A DNA stretch of 32,000 bases, taken from assembly GCF_000253255.1 (NCBI RefSeq), contig NC_015579.1:144552-176551 (forward strand), in the 5' to 3' direction. Positions 17,242-25,158 of this stretch are shown here, one piece after another; position 1 is the stretch's first letter, and every line of letters starts with the position of its first letter. Below the pieces are notes generated by a model. That model saw only the letters and a program-made list of their open reading frames with translations. It made no database searches and had not been told where the DNA came from. The stretch comes from Novosphingobium sp. PP1Y. GTDB taxonomy: Bacteria > Pseudomonadota > Alphaproteobacteria > Sphingomonadales > Sphingomonadaceae. The translations under genes and the position numbers were made by a program.

Positions 17242-17525
17242 CCGACCCGAAACACGTCGCTCCCGGATACACCAAGGCCGATATGGATGAGGTCAGTAAT
17301 AACCCCGAATGGACAGCCGAGGACTTCGCCAGGGCAAAGCCTTTCGCTGAGGCCTTCCCGGACCTCGCAAAGACGATTCGCGCACGCGGTCCGCAGAAGG
17401 CCCCGAAAAAGGTCAGCACCACGCTGCGCCTTTCGCCCGAGGTGATCGAGCATTTCAAATCCGGCGGTCCCGGTTGGCAGTCACGGATCGATGCTGCCCT
17501 CAAGGATTGGGTGGCCGCGCACTGA
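17238..17525 (+). CDS. brnA: BrnA-family antitoxin
   Basis: 95 aa. C-terminal RGPQKAPKKVSTTLRLSPEVIEHFKSGGPGWQSRIDAALKDWV, typical of BrnA. Overlaps the brnT stop. Confidence 0.8.
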   Translation: MTDPKHVAPGYTKADMDEVSNNPEWTAEDFARAKPFAEAFPDLAKTIRARGPQKAPKKVSTTLRLSPEVIEHFKSGGPGWQSRIDAALKDWVAAH

Positions 17526-17897
17526 GGCCGAAGTGCGCCCATCCAAGCCGCTCGAGTGGGAAAATGGCGCGCATATGAGCGGTCAGTCCGTTTATGACCG
17601 GGGCTGGGACATTGCCGTCATTCCTGGTCCCGGCTCGGAAGGGCGGCTTTCAGCTGGGCACCGGACGTTCCGAAGGACGCGATGCCGTGGCATGGAACGG
17701 GAAAGGTGGGCCGGTTGCGGACAGGTAGCTTTCCGCGAAGATTTTTGAGAATCAGACATTAGGACCTCGACGGTGCGCTGCAAAAGCGGCGCCTTGACGC
17801 GAGGCCTGCACCTTACCAGCCGCAGGATCACCAATGTCCGGGCTCCAAACAATGCGTCCCGCCGCAGTCGCTCCAAACGAACGGCAGCGCGCAATTC

Positions 17898-18752
17898 CTA
17901 AGCAGGTGGCCGCGGCAACAGATCGCGATACCCGCCCGAACAGAAGGACGCCTCGGCTGCCAACGCGCGCGACATGATCGCCTGCCAAAACCCTATGCGA
18001 TGTTGCAGTTCGATTCGGTCTGCGTTGCGGCGAAGGTACTCCTCGATCAGGGACTGATCGATAACGCCGCCATTCGGCGCGACCACCTCGGTTTCGAGCC
18101 GCAACGCCAATTCGGTAAGCAGTTCGCCCACCTCTGGCAACAGCGCCCGATTGAAATCGACCTTCTCGAGCTGGCGCGCCATGCGCTTGGCGAGCACGGA
18201 ATCAGGGATCGCGGCAGGCGAGAATGCGAAACTGACCGTGTAACTACCCACCGCGCGGGTCACGGTGGCCGTCAGGAACGAAACCGCCGGGATTTGATCT
18301 ATATACGGGTGAACGAACGCGCTTGCGATGGTTTTGCCCGTTGTCGCCGACTTGCGCTGGTTGCATGGGCCGCACATCGCAACGAGGTTGAGCGGGAAGA
18401 TCGCAAACTCGGGGAACGGCGTCTGTGGGAGGTGGTGATCGAGTTGGACGGGCCGTGCGCCGCCGCAGCTCGGGCAACGATTGCCCGCCACCGCCAGCAA
18501 CTCCGCCCGCAAACCAAACAGCGGCTTGCCCTCATACGTTTTCTTGTAAGCGGCGCGCAGCGCCGCACCGTATTTAACGCGAAACGGTTTGTTGGCGGTG
18601 ATGCGGCAACCGGCACCGCTCCCCAGCCAATAATCAAGGTAGAGCGTGCGCAGCGCAGTTTCCATGGGTTTGGGCACGGCCTTCCCGAGCCCAGCCTTTA
18701 GCACGTCGAACGGATCGCCGATTTTGTCGTGCGGATAGCGAAGTGTGTACAT
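17898..18752 (-). CDS. HNH endonuclease with N- and C-terminal extensions (PtuB-like, Septu-like partner)
   Basis: 284 aa. HNH core CPSCGG...LDHHLPQTPFP...NLVAMCGPCNQRK (nt 18351-18476). The ATG shares one base with the ATPase stop (TAATG). Confidence 0.8.
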   Translation of the reverse strand: MYTLRYPHDKIGDPFDVLKAGLGKAVPKPMETALRTLYLDYWLGSGAGCRITANKPFRVKYGAALRAAYKKTYEGKPLFGLRAELLAVAGNRCPSCGGARPVQLDHHLPQTPFPEFAIFPLNLVAMCGPCNQRKSATTGKTIASAFVHPYIDQIPAVSFLTATVTRAVGSYTVSFAFSPAAIPDSVLAKRMARQLEKVDFNRALLPEVGELLTELALRLETEVVAPNGGVIDQSLIEEYLRRNADRIELQHRIGFWQAIMSRALAAEASFCSGGYRDLLPRPPA

Positions 18753-20395
18753 TAGTCTTCGGCTTCGGCGTTTCTTGCCCGGCGCGCGATCGTTGCCATG
18801 ACATGCGCAAGCGCCTGCGACGACAAGCGCGATCCGAGCGCCTCCTCAACGCCTTCGACGGTTTCAAAGGCGTCGACCATGCGGTCAAGAACGTGCCGGT
18901 AGTCCCCGGCCGTCGGATAGAAGCCGAACACCTCCCGGCTGAGTGCGCCGACATTCTCGCCATAGGTCTCGATTGAAGGCGCCTTCGCGATCGTCGGCTC
19001 CCGGCCAGCGAGGATGACCACCTGCCCCGCCAGCGCTTCCTGGACGACGACGGGTGAATGCGTGGCAACGAGCGCATATGCCCGCTGCTTCGACAGCAAG
19101 CGGCGGATGGATGACATAAGAGCCGCAAGCAACGGTGGGTGCAAATGCGTTTCGGGTTCGTCGATCAGGACGAGCCCGTGACGCTGAAGCATGGCGGTCA
19201 TGCCCGCCAATTGATGCAAGACGATCTTGTGTCCGCTCGACAGCTTCAGGAAGGCGGCAGCGGGGTCCTGACCAAACCAGCGATTGAGTTGCTCGACGCG
19301 GACTTCGTCCAGCGACCAAAAATCCTCGACCTCTTCCGGGTCATCGTGGGGCGGGATGCCAACATAGGCGCGGACCGACACTTCCTCGAGCACCGGTTTC
19401 ATGATTTCTGCGAAAACTTTGAACCGGTCGAGCTCGCGGATGCGAGTGACATGCGATGCGAATGTCGCCGCAAGCTCGGCCTGCGTCAGCAGCCGCGGGG
19501 CAATGTCGCCGCCCTCAATGAGTCCAGCGGGATCTCGCATTCCAAGATAAATGTATCGCCCGCGCCCCGCGATGAAGTCGGCGCGCCGCTCCTCGGGATC
19601 GTCGCCGGCGAGCATCGGCGGAACGAAGTTATCGAACGAGCTGTAAGATACCGCCAGAATATTGGGGAAGCCCGGGCCATCGGTGATGGCCCCTTCGACC
19701 GCCGTCAGCTGCTCGCGCTCCGCAGGCGGCGCGTACGCGACGCGCGCGATGCGCGCGAGCAAGTGCGTCTTGCCGACGCCGTTGGGCCCAATGATGATGC
19801 CCGCCCGCCGTGACGGACGTGTCTGGTGTAGTCCCGCAGGCGCTTCCGTCTCACCCAGCGCGAAGGTAATCGGTTCGTTGGATCCCAATGGCGTGAAGGT
19901 GAGGGTGAACGCGTCTTCACCCGGCGGCGCACCACCGGCCTCCACTGTCCGCGTAATCTCGTCGTAAAAGTCCTCGGGGCGGCGATGATCGCGATAGAGC
20001 GAAATCTTCAAACCCGGCTCCTCAGCGAACGCCTCGCGCAGCTCGGGATGCGACGAGAGATCATTGAACAGCTTCCGCACCTTGTCGAGTAATCCAAGCT
20101 CGATCAGGCGAACATAATAGTCGATCGAGGTACCGAGCGAGACCACGTGCTTGGTGAACTGCACGCCCTTGGCTGGCCCGACGGCAAGTGCGGGAGGACC
20201 CTCACGCTGGCCTTCCTTGAGGATTTTCAGCGTTCCGACTTGGTGCGTCGTGCTGCCGTCCTTGTAATAAAGCGTATATAGAGTCCGGTAGCTGTAATCG
20301 TTCCAATTATCTCCGAGCAGAATTAACGCCTTATCGGCATCGACCGATGTGACGTTTCGGGCGGCTGTCTGGATGAAAAGGCGCAGCGCCGACAT
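18752..20395 (-). CDS. ABC/AAA_21-type ATPase with ~200-aa uncharacterised N-terminal domain (PtuA-like)
   Basis: Walker A GPNGVGKT (19766-19789). Signature LSSGHK. Walker B LVLIDEPETHLHP. H-loop ATHSP. Preferred start is ATG 20395 (MSALRLF...); the ORF is open to 20479. The N-terminal region has noticeably AT-richer codons. Confidence 0.8.
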   Translation of the reverse strand: MSALRLFIQTAARNVTSVDADKALILLGDNWNDYSYRTLYTLYYKDGSTTHQVGTLKILKEGQREGPPALAVGPAKGVQFTKHVVSLGTSIDYYVRLIELGLLDKVRKLFNDLSSHPELREAFAEEPGLKISLYRDHRRPEDFYDEITRTVEAGGAPPGEDAFTLTFTPLGSNEPITFALGETEAPAGLHQTRPSRRAGIIIGPNGVGKTHLLARIARVAYAPPAEREQLTAVEGAITDGPGFPNILAVSYSSFDNFVPPMLAGDDPEERRADFIAGRGRYIYLGMRDPAGLIEGGDIAPRLLTQAELAATFASHVTRIRELDRFKVFAEIMKPVLEEVSVRAYVGIPPHDDPEEVEDFWSLDEVRVEQLNRWFGQDPAAAFLKLSSGHKIVLHQLAGMTAMLQRHGLVLIDEPETHLHPPLLAALMSSIRRLLSKQRAYALVATHSPVVVQEALAGQVVILAGREPTIAKAPSIETYGENVGALSREVFGFYPTAGDYRHVLDRMVDAFETVEGVEEALGSRLSSQALAHVMATIARRARNAEAED

Positions 20396-20970
20396 CTTCT
20401 TTGTACCCCAAAAAAAGACGGCCTGCTTGGTCAGATCGTCCGCAGAGCGCTTAGTGAGCGATCCGTCGCCGCGATGCAACTCGCCGGGGACATATGATCG
20501 CAGACGATTCTGGCCATAATGGTGCGGCTGCCTGCCCCGAATTTCGGCGGCGGCACGAAGACATCACGCACGGCACCCCTTGTTCGACGCCGCGTCGCCA
20601 GACAACGACAGCTAAAAATGCGTCGCGTCATGCAATCTGTCGCTCAGGCATGATCGCGAGTCGATGGGGTGCGTAGCCAACCGCTTCTTCGGCTCCGCGA
20701 TCGAGCGTGGCGGATTCCCAAGGCCGCAATTCACCGGGCCGCCGAGTCCTCGGTGAAGTTGGCTAGGCAGAGCCGGGGATCGAGATGGCGGCAGCTTTTG
20801 GATATTGAGGCAAGCAGGCCGAACGACTGATTTGGGCGCATTCCCGGCGGGCAGGTCGCGCAAAAACCGCAGCGCTGAACGCGCACACTCTATTTGATCA
20901 GACGATCGATCGAGGACAGGTTGATGGGCACATATTTGCTTGAGGCGGCGGCGGGCAGCCCGGTCCAAGG

Positions 20971-22215
20971 TCAACGGAAACTGTGGTGAATCGCAGCAAC
21001 GACGGCACGTCCTTCGTTCAGCGTCGCTTCGATCATCGACTGAAGATGGCGCGTGGTTGCGCCGCGCGTGCCGACGTAACCTGATCGGACCAGCTCAACG
21101 AATGCCTCGCTGCGCAAATAGTGGCCATCGAGCTCGGTATGGTCGATGCGGAGGCCGCCTCGGCTCCCCCGCATACCGCCATTGCCAATCATATGGTCGA
21201 GATGGCCAAGACTGATAACGATGCCCGCTGCACTTGCGGCCGAGTGGCGTTTCATCATTTTCACGAAGAAAGCGCCGGGATGGAGGCGGTAAGGCCCTTC
21301 CGGCTCGAGATCGCAATCGAATTGCCGCATCCGATCAAGCTCATCTTGGAACTGCCAATTAATGCGGACCTGCCATCCCTCACCCAAATCGCGGTCGCGC
21401 TCAAGCATCTTGTATTGCACCATTACCAGCGCACCACGTCGCTCGTTGAGGTAGATTAGATCCACCCCGAGAAGCTCCTCAAGAGGTCGGCGATTGGCCG
21501 TATAGATCTCAAGCTCGCCGTCATGTTTCCTGAAACGCGCCCGTCCGGTCAGATCGCTGTCATCCATCGTCCAGCCCGGCAACCACCGGGCGTCATGTTC
21601 GATCGCCGCGTCCTCAAGCACGCGGATCGACGCGATCGCGCTTGGGCCGCGAACAGCCAACTCATAGGCTTCGCCATCGCCGCCAAAGGCGTTGACAGCG
21701 AGCTTGATCGCGTCGTGCTGCATGACGACCGCATTTTCGACACGACCGCGTCCGGCGATCCAGGCGAGGATGCGACGCAGGACGGGCGCGTTAGCTTCAT
21801 TGGCGGCTAGTGCCGCGATCATCGATTGGCCGAGTTGGCTGGATACTGCGGTGATCTCTTGGGAGGCAGCGCGCAATTGCGCGGCAGCATGTCTCAACGT
21901 CGGGGTTTCGACGTAACGCAAGAGCCGTGAAAGCGAGCCGGGTTCGATATCATCGACGAAATCGAACGCGACTCGGGTATCCAGCGATGAGATGGCCTGT
22001 CGCGAGCGAACGATCCCAATGCGGAGGTGCGACCTGCCGACCGCGATCAGCGCGAGCGAGCGCGTTTTGGCTGGCCTCGCCACCGAATGGCGAAAGTTGA
22101 GTGTGAACCGCGCACCGTGTCGCCTCGTACCTTCTAGCGCTTCCCATGTCTCCCGATCAACCCGGACTACGACAAGGCCAGCGGCCTGCAATTGGCGAAC
22201 TTCACGTTCTTCCAT
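20971..22215 (-). CDS. Hypothetical 414-aa protein with putative PD-(D/E)xK-like nuclease core
   Basis: Uninterrupted ORF with GGGGAAG before the ATG. Segment GELEIYTANRRPLEELLGVDLIYLNERRGALVMVQYK (nt about 21409-21520) fits E...D-x14-QxK in a beta-hairpin context. No other motif recognised. Confidence 0.7.
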   Translation of the reverse strand: MEEREVRQLQAAGLVVVRVDRETWEALEGTRRHGARFTLNFRHSVARPAKTRSLALIAVGRSHLRIGIVRSRQAISSLDTRVAFDFVDDIEPGSLSRLLRYVETPTLRHAAAQLRAASQEITAVSSQLGQSMIAALAANEANAPVLRRILAWIAGRGRVENAVVMQHDAIKLAVNAFGGDGEAYELAVRGPSAIASIRVLEDAAIEHDARWLPGWTMDDSDLTGRARFRKHDGELEIYTANRRPLEELLGVDLIYLNERRGALVMVQYKMLERDRDLGEGWQVRINWQFQDELDRMRQFDCDLEPEGPYRLHPGAFFVKMMKRHSAASAAGIVISLGHLDHMIGNGGMRGSRGGLRIDHTELDGHYLRSEAFVELVRSGYVGTRGATTRHLQSMIEATLNEGRAVVAAIHHSFR

Positions 22216-22440
22216 GACTTCCCCAGCATAGAGTCGCGCACCGGGCGCCCGGATTCTCTAGCCCAGATCTTCACTCAGCGCATCGCCATCAGTTGCTGTT
22301 GTTTGTCCACTATCGCCAATAGCAGTTAGGCAGTTGAATCCCAACTTCGGTCATTTCGGTTTGGGCGGACTAATGGCCGAGGGTCCGCTATTAGGATCGC
22401 TGCAACTGCGCTGGGACGACTTACTAGGGCGCGTCACCGA

Positions 22441-22525
22441 CCGGCAGCTGTCAAACTTGCAAGGGACCGGTTTCAGTGCAAGCCGTCATTCCGGCGCCCA
22501 TACCGGAATGGCTTGAGTTGGTCGG
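22441..22525. repeat. Partial diverged copy of the right arm of the MITE-like element at 26735-26990
   Basis: Hand alignment of 22441-22525 with 26907-26992, roughly two-thirds identical. It shares CCGGCA(A/G)CTGTCAA at the start and TGAGTTGGTCGGC at the end. It contains the hairpin CATTCCGG-N8-CCGGAATG. Confidence 0.45.
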
Positions 22526-22590
22526 CAGGAGAAACGCTAAGTGTGGTGAGAATCTCTGCGGATTGGCCGCCAGCACGGACCTTTTTACGG

Positions 22591-22893
22591 CTAACCGTCG
22601 TAATTCGATGATGTCCAATCTTCCCGACCATGCCGGACGCGTAGAATGATGACCTCGCCCTCATTTCCTACATCATAAATCACCAGGTGGGCCTTGTAGG
22701 GATGCACGCGAACTGGCGGCGAGATTTCCTCTCGCAAGCGCGCAGCATGGGGATAGTCTGCGAGAAACGCGAAAATCGCACTCAGCCCTTCGTGATAAGC
22801 GTCAGCCTGCGGCAAGCCAAACTGCTCGATGCCTTCCAGAAAAATGGCTGTCAGATCGTCGGCTGCGGCGCGTGTTAAGTGAAAACGTGGCAC
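22591..22893 (-). CDS. parE: RelE/ParE-family toxin
   Basis: 100 aa. Typical ParE layout (AAADDLTAIF...YPHAARLREEI...VHPYKAHLVIYDV...VIILRVRHGRED). Starts 2 nt after the antitoxin stop. Confidence 0.85.
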   Translation of the reverse strand: MPRFHLTRAAADDLTAIFLEGIEQFGLPQADAYHEGLSAIFAFLADYPHAARLREEISPPVRVHPYKAHLVIYDVGNEGEVIILRVRHGREDWTSSNYDG

Positions 22894-22895
22894 AG

Positions 22896-23141
22896 TCAGG
22901 CTTGCAGGCCTGCCTGGCTGATCGCTCGCGCCCGGATATCCGCCATCGTCTCATCGCTCAGACCGCCAGCTCGGGCGTCGTCGACAAGGCGCTGCATGGC
23001 GGCAATCTTGTCGGCGCGTTCCTGGTCACGGCGGATAAGATCGCGCACATAGTCGCTGGCATTGCTATACCGACCAGTATCAGCTTGCGCTTCCACCCAT
23101 TGCTTCATCGGATCGGGCAGTGAGATGTTCATCGTAGCCAT
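22896..23141 (-). CDS. parD: ParD-family RHH antitoxin
   Basis: Start ATG 23141, preceded by GGAGG. MATMNISLPDPMKQWVE...SDYVRDLIRRDQ. The ORF extension to 23168 is rejected. Confidence 0.85.
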   Translation of the reverse strand: MATMNISLPDPMKQWVEAQADTGRYSNASDYVRDLIRRDQERADKIAAMQRLVDDARAGGLSDETMADIRARAISQAGLQA

Positions 23142-23313
23142 GGCAACCTCCATGCCCTGAAATAGCAAAGATTGGCAAAGCTTGTCAATTGCTGCTCAGC
23201 CATGACCTACCCCCACGAATAGGGACAATTATGCAGCCGACGCCTCGCAGCACCTCCCCCTGCGGCTGCCAGACGTTCTTCCGTTGGCCAATTCTGGCTA
23301 TCGGAGAATGAAC

Positions 23314-23946
23314 ATGGAAATGCCTGAAACCCAACCTACATCCGCCAAGCGTCAGGTCTGGAACGCAGGTCGCGCTGTCGGCGCGAAGCGGGCGCTGAAG
23401 CCGAAGCAAATTTGGGAGATCCGCTTTTATCTCAATCAGCGTCGTCGCCTTCGAGACCGGGCTCTGTTCGACCTGGCGATCGACAGCAAATTGCGTGGTT
23501 GTGATCTCGTGCAAATGAAAATCGGCGACATTGTCAGCGGCGGGCAGATCCGAACACGCGCCATCGTAATGCAGCAGAAAACCGGCCGCCCTGTGCAGTT
23601 TGAGTTGCTTCCTGATGCCCGCGCCAGTCTGCTGGTTTGGCTTGAACGCCGTGGCGGCACGGTGGACGATTATGTCTTTCCAAGTCGGGTCGATCGCAAC
23701 GGCCATCTCAGCACCCGCCAATATGCCCGGCTTGTCGATGAATGGGTGACCGGTGTGGGCCTGATGCGAAGCGAATATGGCACCCACTCGCTGCGCCGGA
23801 CGAAGGCGTCGATCATCTACCGGGCAACCGGCAACTTGCGCGCCGTCCAGATCCTGCTCGGTCATAGCAAGATCGAAAATACGGTGCGGTATCTTGGGAT
23901 CGACGTGGAAGACGCGCTTGCCCTCGCCGAGAATACCGAAATTTGA
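23314..23946 (+). CDS. Short tyrosine recombinase/integrase (catalytic domain only, about 210 aa)
   Basis: Catalytic residues in order: R (RDRALFDLAIDSKLRGCDL), HxxR (GTHSLRRTKAS), H...Y (LLGHSKIENTVRYL). GGAGA lies 7 nt before ATG 23314. No SAM-like N-terminal DNA-binding domain. Confidence 0.85.
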   Translation: MEMPETQPTSAKRQVWNAGRAVGAKRALKPKQIWEIRFYLNQRRRLRDRALFDLAIDSKLRGCDLVQMKIGDIVSGGQIRTRAIVMQQKTGRPVQFELLPDARASLLVWLERRGGTVDDYVFPSRVDRNGHLSTRQYARLVDEWVTGVGLMRSEYGTHSLRRTKASIIYRATGNLRAVQILLGHSKIENTVRYLGIDVEDALALAENTEI

Positions 23947-23949
23947 ACC

Positions 23950-24000
23950 GTTGGCTCCCCGCACCGCTGGCGGGGAGCCAACTTTGGTGGGCCTTTTTTT
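23950..24000 (+). terminator. Rho-independent terminator after the recombinase gene
   Basis: Perfect 13-bp stem GTTGGCTCCCCGC / GCGGGGAGCCAAC (23950-23962 and 23970-23982) with a 7-nt loop, followed by TTTGGTGGGCCTTTTTTT. Confidence 0.6.
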
Positions 24001-24009
24001 GGGACGAAG

Positions 24010-24042
24010 CCGTCGTTCGCGAACGTGCCCAGGAGCGTCGGG
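24010..24042 (+). repeat. Candidate degenerate Tn3-family terminal inverted repeat (right end)
   Basis: CGTGCCCAGGAGCGTCGGG (24024-24042) matches the reverse complement of 16345-16366. It contains GAGCGTC, as in the Tn3 IR (recalled from memory). No terminal CCCC and no target-site duplication. Confidence 0.3.
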
Positions 24043-24159
24043 TTTCGGATAAAGCGGCCGTTCACACGGCGTGGGCTTCTGACCAGATTACGACGCTCGC
24101 AGGAATTGGGACGAACGTCCGGACTTGCGTGAATTGGACGAACGGGGGACCCTTATAGT

Positions 24160-25044
24160 TTACTGCGAACAGGCGGTCGGCTCAGCCGCAATGAGATCGC
24201 CCAGTACCTTTGCTAATTGCAACAGATGCCGGTCTGCATTCGGAGAGGCAAGTTGCCACCGACTGACCTCAATCAGGCCGCTAAAGTCTGGAACCATGCA
24301 TAACAAACCTGCATCAACCAGCGCTGACGCTCGACGACCATTGATTATGCCGGCTCCTATGCCTGCGGCTACCATCTCCATGACGGAACTGGGCTCGACG
24401 TGAGCAACTACTCGGAAATCTCGTTTTAGCCGGCGCTGCAGCAGGCGCACGATGCCTTCAGTTGTCCGAGATCCTGCCGGAGGCAGGAGGACGGGTAGAG
24501 GCGCACGATCGGACAAGCGGGCCAGCAACGGCGGCGCAATAAAAAGCCCGTTTTCATGGGTCGAGAGCCGACGGGCGATGGCAGGTACAGGCTCGTCGGC
24601 GCCTTCAGTGAAATGGAGCAGATCGAGTTCTGAGCGCCTCATGTCTTCGAGAGGATCCATACCAGCCTCAATAGCGATCAAATCGATTTCCAACTCCCCA
24701 CACATTTCCGTCAGCCGCTGGCGGGCGGGTAGCAGGTGAAGGTTGAGGATCATCTGGTCTGACCCCACCCGAACGCGACGGCGTGCCGGTGCGATGTGGC
24801 CGATCCGACGTCCGCTCTCCAAGGCTTGAAGGGCATCTGCCAGCACCGCTTCGCCATCTGCGGAGAGTTGATTGGTCTTGCCGGTCTGCCGTCGAAAAAG
24901 CTGTTTTCCCACAGCTCGTTCGAGGGCGTTGATGTGGCGGCTTACCGCCGCTTGCGAAATGCCCTCCGCTTCGGCTGCCCCCGAGAAACTGCCATGATGG
25001 CATACCAACGCGAAGATTTCGAGCTGACGAAAGGTACCTGCCAT
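24160..25044 (-). CDS. LysR-family transcriptional regulator
   Basis: N-terminal HTH FRQLEIFALVCHHGSFSGAAEAEGISQAAVSRHINALERAVGKQLFRR. Preferred start is ATG 25044; the ORF is open to 25116. Divergent from the sulfatase gene. Confidence 0.9.
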   Translation of the reverse strand: MAGTFRQLEIFALVCHHGSFSGAAEAEGISQAAVSRHINALERAVGKQLFRRQTGKTNQLSADGEAVLADALQALESGRRIGHIAPARRRVRVGSDQMILNLHLLPARQRLTEMCGELEIDLIAIEAGMDPLEDMRRSELDLLHFTEGADEPVPAIARRLSTHENGLFIAPPLLARLSDRAPLPVLLPPAGSRTTEGIVRLLQRRLKRDFRVVAHVEPSSVMEMVAAGIGAGIINGRRASALVDAGLLCMVPDFSGLIEVSRWQLASPNADRHLLQLAKVLGDLIAAEPTACSQ

Positions 25045-25158
25045 GATCCTAACCCATAACCTATTGGTCATGTCTCCCATAACATGCCGGGCCATAGGCT
25101 GCGCCGGAAATTTCACGCATCGGTGATGTGACCGCCTAACCGAAAGAAATCCGCAGAG

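Noticed and set aside
20480-20970. Retron-type msr/msd or another ncRNA upstream of the PtuA-like gene, and the 120-aa TTG-initiated ORF 20612-20974
   Set aside because: No reverse transcriptase gene. No convincing long flanking inverted repeats. The ORF translation is low-complexity Arg/Pro/Ser. Left as an unexplained spacer.
16340-24047. 5-bp target-site duplication flanking the putative transposon ends
   Set aside because: Flanks TCCAG and TTTCG (and neighbouring offsets) do not match. This is reported as evidence against a recent, intact insertion.
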